This document shows positions 45,404-54,384 of a DNA stretch of 64,000 bases, in pieces. Origin of the DNA: a virus; IMG/VR virus record IMGVR_UViG_3300031857_000091, positions 19,431-83,430 of that record. The stretch is one strand, 5' to 3'. The translations under genes were made by a program, and so were the position numbers. How positions within the stretch are numbered: the stretch's first letter is position 1; each line of letters opens with the position of its first letter. The notes under the pieces were generated by a model. It was not told where the DNA came from. It saw nothing but the letters and a program-made list of their open reading frames with translations, and made no database searches.

Positions 45404-47664
45404 CTTTTATTTCACAATGGAAAACAGATAATACCGGGGGAATAAGCGCAAACAATCAAATCACCCTGCCGCTCGAACCCAGTGGTACGTACAACTTTAC
45501 TGTAAACTGGGGGGACAATAGTAGTGACGTAATTACTACTTGGAATCAACCTGCAACAACTCATACATACGCAACACCAGGCACTTATACTGTATCCATT
45601 ACAGGAACAATTATTGGTTTCAGATTTGCTAATACAGGAGATAAGACAAAAATTATAAATATTTCCCAATGGGGTAATTTGAGAGTTGGGAATAGTGCTA
45701 ATTATTTTCATGGTTGCTCTAATCTAACCTTAACTGCAAGCGATGCCTTAAATTTAACGGGAACAACTAATTTAACTAGTATGTTTACCGATACGGGTAG
45801 CTTTAATGGAGCAATAAATCATTGGGATGTTAGTAATGTTACTAATATGAATAACATGTTTTTACTAGCATCTAGTTTTAATCAACCTCTAAACAATTGG
45901 AATGTTAGTAATGTTACTAATATGAGTGGTATGTTTGCGTATGCCACTAGTTTTAATCAATCTCTAAACAATTGGAATGTTAGTAATGTTACTAATATGA
46001 CGTTTATGTTTTTAGTTGCAATTAATTTTAATGGCGCAATAAGTAACTGGAATGTTAGTAAAGTTACTAGCCTGGCGTATTTCCTTACTAATGCAGCCAA
46101 TTTCAATCAACCTCTAAATAACTGGGATGTTAGTAAGGTTACTAGTAGTGAGCTTATGTTTACTAATGCAGTCAATTTTAATCAACCTCTAAATAACTGG
46201 GATGTTAGTAAGGTTACTAATATGAATAGTATGTTTGAAGGTGCGACCAATTTCAATCAAAATTTATCACAATGGTGTGTAAATCTAATAACAAGTAAAC
46301 CTTTAAATTTTGATGCTTCTACCCCTAATTGGATGGGAGGTGATTCAACTCGACCCCAGTGGGGAACTTGTCCACCTAGAAATATACCCGGGTCTGTTAA
46401 TATTTATGGCAATACTGTCAGAGGAGAGACACTTACTGCAACAGTAACTGATGCTGATGGGACTCCTAACAACATCAGTTACCAGTGGCAGTCAAGCTTA
46501 AACAATATTGATTGGGTAGATATTGTAAATGCAACATCCTTTCAACTCGCACTTGTTACCGCTTTAGTAGGAAGACGGATTAGGGTAACCGCTAGTTATA
46601 CCGATAACTTAGGTACTAGTGAAACCATTACTAGTGCTCCAACTACTACAGTTACCCACATCAATATACCCGGGTCAGTAAGTATTTCCGGAAATGCTGT
46701 TAGAGGAAATACTCTTACAGCAACAGTCACTGATGCTGATGGAACTTCTACTATCAATTACCAGTGGCAGTCAAGTACAGATAATGGTATTAGTTGGTCA
46801 AATATTGTGGGAGCTACATCATTTCAACTTGCACTTGTTAATGACTTAGTAGGGAGACGCATTAGAGTAACAGCTGGATATACTGATAACTTAAATACTA
46901 GTGAAACTGTTGCTAGTGCTCCAACAGCTACAGTTACCACCATTGAAATTATTGGAATCTTAACGATAACAGGAGACCCCAGACAATATAAAGTTTTAAC
47001 TGCTATTATTGAAGACTTAAATGGAGTCAATGAATCAACTGTTACATATCAATGGCAAAAAAGTATTGACGGAATACAATGGATTAATATTGCTGAAGCG
47101 ACAATTGATAAATTATATTTAAAAGCTACTTACCAAAATCACTTTATAAGGGTAACATCTACTTATCAGACGTTGGGAGAAAACTTAGTTGAACTTACCA
47201 GCGATCGCACCGATTTAATTGCTTCTCCCTTCTCGATTCTAGATTTTGTTAAAACAAATAATTTTTATACTCAATCACCATTAGTTAATGCAGTCTTTAC
47301 CTTTGAATCATTTCCAGACTGGATAATAGACACAGAAACAGGTAATTTAGTGCCAGATTCAACCGGAAACAATGTCATTATTTGTACTGCGACTGTTCAA
47401 CAAAAAAAAGATCCTAATTTAGTTGTGCAATCAGGAGTTGACTATAATCGCATTTATTTTGAAGGCTACCTAATTAACCCAAAAACCTTGCTTGACGTAG
47501 AACAAGGAAAAAATGTAACGGCTGTCATTAATGGTAGACAAGGTGTCTTTGATTTTGTTCCCGTCATAGAATCTGGACAAGAGATACCACTTAAACAGCG
47601 AGAAGTAAATGGACAAAGAATCGCGGGATATTTTAGACTAGGAAATTTAATCAACCGTCAATAG
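45400..47664 (+). CDS. BspA/DUF285 repeat + PKD + Ig-like protein, C-terminal possible head-closure domain
   Basis: VNWGD..HTYATPGTYTV (PKD); about 7 FNQPLNNWDVSKVTNM repeats; 3 YQWQ.S Ig-like repeats; unrelated ~140-aa C-terminus. Confidence 0.75.
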   Translation: MTFISQWKTDNTGGISANNQITLPLEPSGTYNFTVNWGDNSSDVITTWNQPATTHTYATPGTYTVSITGTIIGFRFANTGDKTKIINISQWGNLRVGNSANYFHGCSNLTLTASDALNLTGTTNLTSMFTDTGSFNGAINHWDVSNVTNMNNMFLLASSFNQPLNNWNVSNVTNMSGMFAYATSFNQSLNNWNVSNVTNMTFMFLVAINFNGAISNWNVSKVTSLAYFLTNAANFNQPLNNWDVSKVTSSELMFTNAVNFNQPLNNWDVSKVTNMNSMFEGATNFNQNLSQWCVNLITSKPLNFDASTPNWMGGDSTRPQWGTCPPRNIPGSVNIYGNTVRGETLTATVTDADGTPNNISYQWQSSLNNIDWVDIVNATSFQLALVTALVGRRIRVTASYTDNLGTSETITSAPTTTVTHINIPGSVSISGNAVRGNTLTATVTDADGTSTINYQWQSSTDNGISWSNIVGATSFQLALVNDLVGRRIRVTAGYTDNLNTSETVASAPTATVTTIEIIGILTITGDPRQYKVLTAIIEDLNGVNESTVTYQWQKSIDGIQWINIAEATIDKLYLKATYQNHFIRVTSTYQTLGENLVELTSDRTDLIASPFSILDFVKTNNFYTQSPLVNAVFTFESFPDWIIDTETGNLVPDSTGNNVIICTATVQQKKDPNLVVQSGVDYNRIYFEGYLINPKTLLDVEQGKNVTAVINGRQGVFDFVPVIESGQEIPLKQREVNGQRIAGYFRLGNLINRQ

Positions 47665-49428
47665 TTCTTGCCAGATTGATTGATAATATGCTTGTAAATT
47701 TTTATCTGTGGTATTTAACCATAACTTTTTGTAATAATCTATTTGTCTTTGTATAGCTTTTCTTTTAAGCCCGTTAATTAATAGATTAATACAATAGTTT
47801 TGAATTTCACCAGAGAATAAATCCCGTAATTCATTTTCTGGCAAAAGATTACTGTTGCTTAGATAAGTTCGATAAGAGTCAATCGTTAAACTAGATGTTT
47901 TTTCTATCTGGCGCATAGAATTCCACAACTTTCTACTTATATCATCCACAAACGTTATCTGAGATGCGTATAGCAAGTTATTTATTTCATCCCTATCAGT
48001 TTCATTGTGCAGATAGATTTTTAGCAAAGTAAACTCAGTATTATTGATTGTCTGAGGTTTAAGTACTTCCGTTGAATCTACTTGTTTTTTAATTGGGGTG
48101 TTTATTGATTTAGACAATTCTGCCAGGTAATGCGCAGTTAATCCACTATTTCCCGCTCCCAATATTTCGGAGCAATAAGCCAAATAATGAGCTTGTAATG
48201 GCTGAGATTCAATCCTTGCTAACAACACTGCAACATCATGATAAACTTTAGCCCGAACCACCGGGTCGTTTAAGTCTTTATCTTTAAAAATATTATTTAA
48301 TAACCACTCTACCCAGTAAGGAGCAGTTGTTATTTTTTCCTTAAGGCTGTCTACTGTGTACCGAGAAATCCAATCAGCAGGGTCTAAGTTATTTGGGAGA
48401 GATAATACTTTTAAATGGAATTGCTCAATATTAATCAAATCAAAGACAGATTCAATGGTTCTACGGGAAGCCTCTACACCAGGATTGTCTCCATCAAAAA
48501 ATAATATTAACTGTCTCGATTTTGTGTATTTAATTAATCTGTTTATTTGATTCTTTGTTAAAGCCGTCCCTTGACAAGCCACAACATTTGTTATTCCAGA
48601 TTGATGTAAAGCGATCGCGTCAAAATAACCCTCGACAACAATTGCACAATCCTCTTGCCCAATACTTTTAACCGCATGATTCAACCCAAACAAAACTTTA
48701 CTTTTCTCAAATAGCCTTGTTTCTGGGGAATGCAAGTACTTAGGATTGCTACCGTCTAAGGAGCGACCACCAAAAGCAATAACTTTACCTAAGGTATCAC
48801 AGATAGGAACCATTAATCTGTCTCTGAATCTATCGTAATAGCCACCATCTTCTTTTTTTATTATCAAGCCAGCTTGCACACAGACATCTGGTCTGTATTT
48901 TTTATCTGCAACTAAATACTGATACAAGCTATCCCACCCATTAGGTGCATAACCTAATTGAAATTTATCTATTGTCTCTTGAATTAGTTTTCTCTCATCT
49001 AGATACTCCCTGACTTTTTCTCCCGCACTTCCTGATAACTGAGATTGATAGTACTTAGAGGCGATCGCTAAAACTTCTTTTAAGTTTTCATCCAGTTGTT
49101 TTTGCTGCTGAAACTCTTCTATGTTACTGTTCCCTGTGAATTCAACCTCAATATTACTGCGTCGTGCCAAGTCCAGGATTACTTCACTAAAACTTTGATT
49201 ATTTAATCTGGTCAAGAAATCAACAACATCCCCACCAGCGTCACACCCAAAGCAATGGTATACTTGCTTGTCTTCTGTCACAAAAAAGCTTGGGCTTTTA
49301 TCATCATGAAAAGGACAAACCCCTTTTTGACTTTGTCCCGCCTTCTTTAATACAACATAATCACTTATTACGTCAACAATATTTGTTGCTTCTTTTATTT
49401 TTTGAATACTATCAGTAGATATTAGCAT
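47647..49428 (-). CDS. dnaG: DNA primase
   Basis: CPFHDDKSPSF..CFGC zinc finger, DRFRDRLM, FGGR, VVEGYFD, FDGD..G, DPAD. Confidence 0.96.
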   Translation of the reverse strand: MLISTDSIQKIKEATNIVDVISDYVVLKKAGQSQKGVCPFHDDKSPSFFVTEDKQVYHCFGCDAGGDVVDFLTRLNNQSFSEVILDLARRSNIEVEFTGNSNIEEFQQQKQLDENLKEVLAIASKYYQSQLSGSAGEKVREYLDERKLIQETIDKFQLGYAPNGWDSLYQYLVADKKYRPDVCVQAGLIIKKEDGGYYDRFRDRLMVPICDTLGKVIAFGGRSLDGSNPKYLHSPETRLFEKSKVLFGLNHAVKSIGQEDCAIVVEGYFDAIALHQSGITNVVACQGTALTKNQINRLIKYTKSRQLILFFDGDNPGVEASRRTIESVFDLINIEQFHLKVLSLPNNLDPADWISRYTVDSLKEKITTAPYWVEWLLNNIFKDKDLNDPVVRAKVYHDVAVLLARIESQPLQAHYLAYCSEILGAGNSGLTAHYLAELSKSINTPIKKQVDSTEVLKPQTINNTEFTLLKIYLHNETDRDEINNLLYASQITFVDDISRKLWNSMRQIEKTSSLTIDSYRTYLSNSNLLPENELRDLFSGEIQNYCINLLINGLKRKAIQRQIDYYKKLWLNTTDKNLQAYYQSIWQELLTVD

Positions 49429-49757
49429 CTTGAATTATTTATTTAAACTTCTAACAATAATAAATCAAGTTTTATTCCGAGTTTCGTTATTATTGTTAAT
49501 GATTGTTATTAACGTATCAATTAATAAGTCTTTTTTGTACAATTTATGGCGTAACCACCAACAAGTTATTATTACCAAAAAATTACTTATAATTGCAAGA
49601 ATTGGAACAATATCTAAAATAGTCATATTACACGTCCTTTTGATTTATTCGAGAAAAGTAGTTTGTTAATCCGGCAATTTCTTCATCTTTATCTTTTTTT
49701 ATTTTTAAGATTAATTCAGAATGCTTACTACATTGTTTCCTGCAAAATTCATCTAGT

Positions 49758-50012
49758 TTAATTAGTCGTCATAGCACCTCTCTTATTTAAAAAATATCCC
49801 AACATCGGAATAGTTTTTTCTCCTAGCATTGCTTTCAGCTCTTTAGATAGTCTATTTTGCCGAGTAGTAGATTCATCAAGTCCAATCAATTCTGCTAGCT
49901 GAGTATTGTTTAGATAGTTGATTGGTTTACCATTATTATCAACCTCGTCGGAGGTATAAGCAAACGTCTTTTGACCACCGACGTTGATTTCCGTCCGAAA
50001 AACGATTAACAT
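49758..50012 (-). pseudogene. Truncated paralog of antirepressor-like gene 61825-62580
   Basis: MLIVFRTEI..TFAY..G.PINYLNN.QLAELIGL is nearly identical; stops after 84 aa. Confidence 0.75.
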
Positions 50013-50041
50013 AGATTTTATCCTCTAGTGAATTTAGGGGT

Positions 50042-50092
50042 ATCACCGTTATGCGATATTAGTAGTTGCAAGCTACTTTTATTCGCGGTGAT
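50042..50092 (-). ncRNA. Structured 5' leader RNA (type A)
   Basis: ATCACCGCGAA..GTAG-CTTGCAA-CTAC..TCGCA..CGGTGAT-ACCCC after TG-n-TATACT. Confidence 0.65.
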
Positions 50093-50117
50093 TAATATTA
50101 GTATAGCACAAAGCACC

Positions 50118-50426
50118 CTAAGCATTGATTAGTTTGTGTGCTTTGTTTTGTGAGATGGTCAGCGATCGCCAATCAGTATCTTTTTCAATATATCCGTGAT
50201 AAATATCTAGTAGATACAATCCTTTGTTTCGCCATCGTTTAGCAAATCCTCGACTGCGATACCCCATCATCCAATCAATTTTTGCAAAAGAATATCCTTC
50301 GATATAATACATTTCTATCGCTTGTCGGCACGTCGGGGCCAATACGTCCTCTTTTGCTATTTCCCATAATGGGTATTTTTTGAAAAACTCATCTCGAGAA
50401 CAAGCCGGGTATTTCATGATGTCCAT
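50118..50426 (-). CDS. Sigma-70 region-4-like HTH protein
   Basis: RQAIEMYYIEGYSFAKI; FFKKYPLWE resembles FLARYPDWE of 34693-35007. Confidence 0.55.
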   Translation of the reverse strand: MDIMKYPACSRDEFFKKYPLWEIAKEDVLAPTCRQAIEMYYIEGYSFAKIDWMMGYRSRGFAKRWRNKGLYLLDIYHGYIEKDTDWRSLTISQNKAHKLINA

Positions 50427-50482
50427 AACATCTAATCCTTTGTCAACAAATTAATCAGCGATCGCAGATAATTAATTAAAAT

Positions 50483-50794
50483 CTAGTAACGTTCCATTTT
50501 TGCTAAGTTATAGGAGCGTAAATTGTTTAATCCAATCCCGCGCTCATCGGCTAATAGTAAGGATAAATGGATTAACTTAAGAAGCTGCTCTGATATATAC
50601 TCGGTTAAACTATCTTCGTTATTGCCTATCGCTTCATTCGCTTCATGTAGAAAAAAATCCATTAATTCCTCTGGGAAAATAACATGAGTTAGTGTCTTGT
50701 CTGATTTCAACATTTCTCTAAATGGAAGTGTCAAGGTATCTCCTTCTGCCCATTGTTTATATTCTTCATATTTTAATCTATCCATGATATTCAT
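50483..50794 (-). CDS. Hypothetical protein
   Basis: 103 aa. Confidence 0.55.
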   Translation of the reverse strand: MNIMDRLKYEEYKQWAEGDTLTLPFREMLKSDKTLTHVIFPEELMDFFLHEANEAIGNNEDSLTEYISEQLLKLIHLSLLLADERGIGLNNLRSYNLAKMERY

Positions 50795-50857
50795 CCTTTA
50801 ATCTTTGTTTTGGGAGATGGCCGGCGATCACATTTGACATTATACCAGGATCGCTCA

Positions 50858-51325
50858 TTAAGCATTAGCTCGTTTGATACCGTCTAACGCACAGATAGAT
50901 TCAGCAATTCCATCCCAATGAGTCACCATGATTATCTTATCAGTAGGCTTGTAACGAGTAAATGCTTTTTTAGCAAAGGCAAGACAGTTCCCTACAGCAA
51001 GTCGCATTGGCTCATACTGTGTCATCTCACCAAGGTAGTCCTCTTGGTACTCCAAATCTTCTAAAGTAAATTCCAACGTAAACTTATCCAGCCTATTGCT
51101 GGTTGTGATTTCTGATTGAATCACGAAAGATATTCTATCTACAAAAATAACGCCTAGCAGCAATTCCCATCGATAAGAAAGATCGCTTATCTCTGGCACA
51201 GATACCCAGATATCATCAAACCTACCTAGTAATATAGGGTTAAGGCTAACACTTTCGGCAATATATAACAATTTTACTTTTCTTCCTTTAATAGATTCGA
51301 CTCCGTCTAAATTTAGCGTCGACAT
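50858..51325 (-). CDS. Hypothetical protein
   Basis: 155 aa. Confidence 0.6.
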   Translation of the reverse strand: MSTLNLDGVESIKGRKVKLLYIAESVSLNPILLGRFDDIWVSVPEISDLSYRWELLLGVIFVDRISFVIQSEITTSNRLDKFTLEFTLEDLEYQEDYLGEMTQYEPMRLAVGNCLAFAKKAFTRYKPTDKIIMVTHWDGIAESICALDGIKRANA

Positions 51326-51428
51326 TTTTAACTAAGTAAGTTCTGGTTTATTCTTGATTCAACTAACAATATATTAATTTTTGGTTTAAATAACTTTTTT
51401 ATTTTTGTTCAATATTTGCTTTAAAACA

Positions 51429-51808
51429 TTTATTACAACTATCTATACATTTAGTGCAATACGGTGCGAGGGACAAGTATGTTTTAAAATAATACGGTGC
51501 GAGGGACAAGTACTAACATAACTGCAGCCTATATCTGATAAGCTATTTGCCAATTCTTTAAATGTTTTATTTATTAAACATATTTTTACTACAGTAGGTT
51601 AGGTTTGACATTTTTCTATTTAGGTACACCCCTACTCAATAGCAAATATTCTCTCAGAGACCCCTAGCATCAAATTCTAGACACTTTACTACCTAGTTAA
51701 TAGGATTGTTCATTTAACCATTTTTTCGAGCTTTACACGCCCACTGGCGCGAAACATTTAAGCTAAATAAAAAAACAAACCATTTCCGGCTAAAGAGAAA
51801 ATTACTCA
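51429..51808 (-). repeat. Long imperfect inverted repeat, copy B
   Basis: Reverse complement of 1-380, about 89% identical, ungapped. Confidence 0.95.
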
Positions 51809-52077
51809 AATCCAACTGCTATCGGTAGTTTCCCTCATTCCGAGACTTGCGATCACCTGGCTGTTAGGTTTCCCATCCGAAAAAAAATAAACACGCTCTC
51901 GCGCATTTGCGCGCATTCCGGAATTTATTAATTTTTTTTAAACATCCAAACCAGATAGTTAGAAATAAATAAACCAGTTATTTGTTTAAAAAAAATATTT
52001 TCTTATATATAGATGGGGGGGTAAAAATTTTACCTACCTCTTGTTTTTTAAACAGCACTCACAAATATATTACTAAT

Positions 52078-52575
52078 TGCCAAAAGTATTGTGGTTAACG
52101 GATGATAGCAATTTTTGCCTATCAAAAGTAAGATAGCTATTAAGCTAAAGTAACCTAAAGTTTTAAACCCCTAAAACCCGCATGGTTGACGGATGCGCGA
52201 GGGTGTCGGTTTTTTGATAAGGGTAAAAAAGAGGCTAAAACCATTATGGTTAACGGATGATAGCGGTTTTTGCCCAACCTTTTTCCGACAGCTAATGTTA
52301 GTGGTTGGTTAGTAAAAAAGTCTTCAAATCCTTACTGTTAAGGGATAAAACGGCTTTTTACTAAATTTAATAGGTTCTGCTGTATTATAACGTTAAAATA
52401 GGCTAAAACCCGCATGGTTGACGGATGCGTTTAACTTAAAAAAGCTTAAAATTGTTATACTACTAATTTTAAAAATCGTTATTTTATAAGGGTTTGAGAG
52501 TTTCTATTAGAATGGCTTTAAAAATAAAACAGGACTTGTAGCAAGCTAAGACTTGCGTGGTTGAGGGATGCGTCA
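52078..52575 (+). repeat. Array of ~7 degenerate repeats CTAAAACC-stem-GGTTRACGG-stem'
   Basis: Copies at about 52080, 52171, 52235, 52324, 52403, 52470 and 52546. Confidence 0.7.
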
Positions 52576-52620
52576 AAGATTTTAAAGTATAATTACAGAT
52601 ATATTTATTAACAATAAAAA

Positions 52621-52971
52621 ATGACTACTTTAGAAATAACATTGTCAATGTTTCGTTCTCAATATTTTGAATTTGCCGAAATTCCAGATGAATTAGTGAA
52701 TGTGAACTTAGCTAAAGCATTAAGAGTTGTAAATCAAGTCACTTGGAAAGATTATTATCAAGACGCAGTATTTCTATTAACTGCTCATGAGTTATTTCTT
52801 CGGCAACAGGAAGCTGTCCTAACTCAAGTACAATCCGCCGCAATTAGAGAACAAGCAAACTTTCAAACACTTAACTTGACAAGAGACTCTGATTATTATT
52901 CCCTTTCTCACTACGGGCTAAAGTTATTGGCATTAAAAAAACAACTACCAAAGTCTGGGTTTACCTGGTAG
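52621..52971 (+). CDS. Head-tail adaptor (DUF4054-like)
   Basis: FRSQYFEFA..AVFLLTAHEL..YSLSHYG.KLL.LKK. Confidence 0.75.
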   Translation: MTTLEITLSMFRSQYFEFAEIPDELVNVNLAKALRVVNQVTWKDYYQDAVFLLTAHELFLRQQEAVLTQVQSAAIREQANFQTLNLTRDSDYYSLSHYGLKLLALKKQLPKSGFTW

Positions 52972-52993
52972 TTGTTTTGATGCTTTTAGAGAA

Positions 52994-53515
52994 TTAAATC
53001 TTGTAATTCCGTGGCAACCAGAATATCTCCCCATCCTTTGGGCGATATTCTCGGATGCAATCAACTATTGCTGATGATTCCCCTAAGCTTAAGATTCCAA
53101 AGCGATCGCACCCACTATGTAAGGCGTAACGAACTTTTGCCGTTAATGGCTCGTTATTGATTTGAGCAACTATTTTAGTTCCGGTAACAACCTCTTTGAT
53201 ATTTGGCTTGGAATAAAGAGAAGCCGGGTAGATTCCAGGAAGATAAGATTTTTCTCTGGCTTTAGCGTGTTTTCCTCCTGGCATATAAGCAATATTTCGG
53301 TACTTAATGCAGACACTAGAAATATCGGGATTTTTATTGATGACTCCAACATCGACTGAATCTATGGGATAAGCAGTGATATCTAATTCACCAATAAACG
53401 AGAGAATGCACCCAAAAACAGTAGTCAAAGGAGGATATCGATAACTTTCTCGGTAATCGTGAGCAAATCTTCTAGGGAAAGACGCAACTGGCGCTTCTAT
53501 GTAAAGCTGTATCAT
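52994..53515 (-). CDS. cas5: Type I-B/MYXAN Cas5 (DevS-like), C-terminally short
   Basis: LYIEAPVASF..RESYRYPPLTTVFGCILSFIGE..RFGILSLGES. Confidence 0.9.
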   Translation of the reverse strand: MIQLYIEAPVASFPRRFAHDYRESYRYPPLTTVFGCILSFIGELDITAYPIDSVDVGVINKNPDISSVCIKYRNIAYMPGGKHAKAREKSYLPGIYPASLYSKPNIKEVVTGTKIVAQINNEPLTAKVRYALHSGCDRFGILSLGESSAIVDCIREYRPKDGEIFWLPRNYKI

Positions 53516-54384
53516 GATTGTTTGAAAAGCGCGTATTTAATAACATCGATACATTCTTTTATCCCATAACAGAGAGTTACTTCCATTTTCTCTAGGGTTT
53601 CGGCAAAATCCCCTAGCGCCGCTTCTCCTGCAACAATTATCTCATCAGGGTCGATGTCACCACAGGTTATTAATGGTTCTAGTTTTCTAGGAACACCGTC
53701 AGCATCAAAGCAATAAAGTATCTGAGGACTAGGGCTAGTTGTGATTCTTGCAACAATTGAAGCGGGAGCAAAGTCATATAAAAACCTAGAATGATTCCCT
53801 CCTACATGGCGCACATTAACAATAGCATCTAGTAAGTATTTGGCTCGCTCTGGTACGATAAAGTCTCCCATTTTAAACGCTACAGTATATTGATACTGCG
53901 TTGCGTGCACTTCGACGTTATACAGAGAAGTACTCGTTTTCATCTCTCCAGCTTTAGCGTTAAATATTTTGTCGCCATCATAGGGAGTTAAGCTCATCGC
54001 TCTGGCAACTTCTAAAACACCTCTTCTTTTTGTTGTGGCGTTTTTATTCTTGCTATCTTTCTTAGCATCCATGTAGCCAAAGATGTCATCATCTATGTAC
54101 TTGGTTTCATCATACCCCTCGTCTTTTATTTGATATTCGTCTACCATTGCGTCATAGATTCGATTGACTTGCTCTGGGTACACATTCCCCAAGTATTCTC
54201 GATATGCCCAGCGAATAGCTTCAGAGCTAACCGTTGTAAATTCTTGTATGAAACTATTATTTCTTAAGGAAATTTTCTGCAACGTAGATGTATTAGTTCC
54301 ATCTCCTTCTCCTCTATTATTAGAAGCAAATCCAAATGGCGTTAAGATGGAGATGAAACAATATTTATTATTGATAGGATTCAT
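53512..54384 (-). CDS. cas7: Type I-B/MYXAN Cas7 (Cst2/DevR)
   Basis: ASNNRGEGDG.NTSTLQK, VSSEAIRWA, YIDDDIFGYMDA, RRGVLEV.RAMSL, VGGNHSRFLYDF. Confidence 0.93.
   Translation of the reverse strand: MNPINNKYCFISILTPFGFASNNRGEGDGTNTSTLQKISLRNNSFIQEFTTVSSEAIRWAYREYLGNVYPEQVNRIYDAMVDEYQIKDEGYDETKYIDDDIFGYMDAKKDSKNKNATTKRRGVLEVARAMSLTPYDGDKIFNAKAGEMKTSTSLYNVEVHATQYQYTVAFKMGDFIVPERAKYLLDAIVNVRHVGGNHSRFLYDFAPASIVARITTSPSPQILYCFDADGVPRKLEPLITCGDIDPDEIIVAGEAALGDFAETLEKMEVTLCYGIKECIDVIKYALFKQS

Noticed and set aside
45760-46270. Diversity-generating retroelement target repeats
   Set aside because: These are ordinary in-frame DUF285 protein repeats; no reverse transcriptase or template repeat is in the window.
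49430-49669. Plus-strand 79-aa ORF and other short antisense ORFs in the track (e.g. 537, 832, 4616, 11105, 43066, 55182-55527)
   Set aside because: They are shadow frames of well-supported genes or lack an RBS. At 49465-49626 a minus-strand 53-aa TM ORF with an RBS is more plausible.
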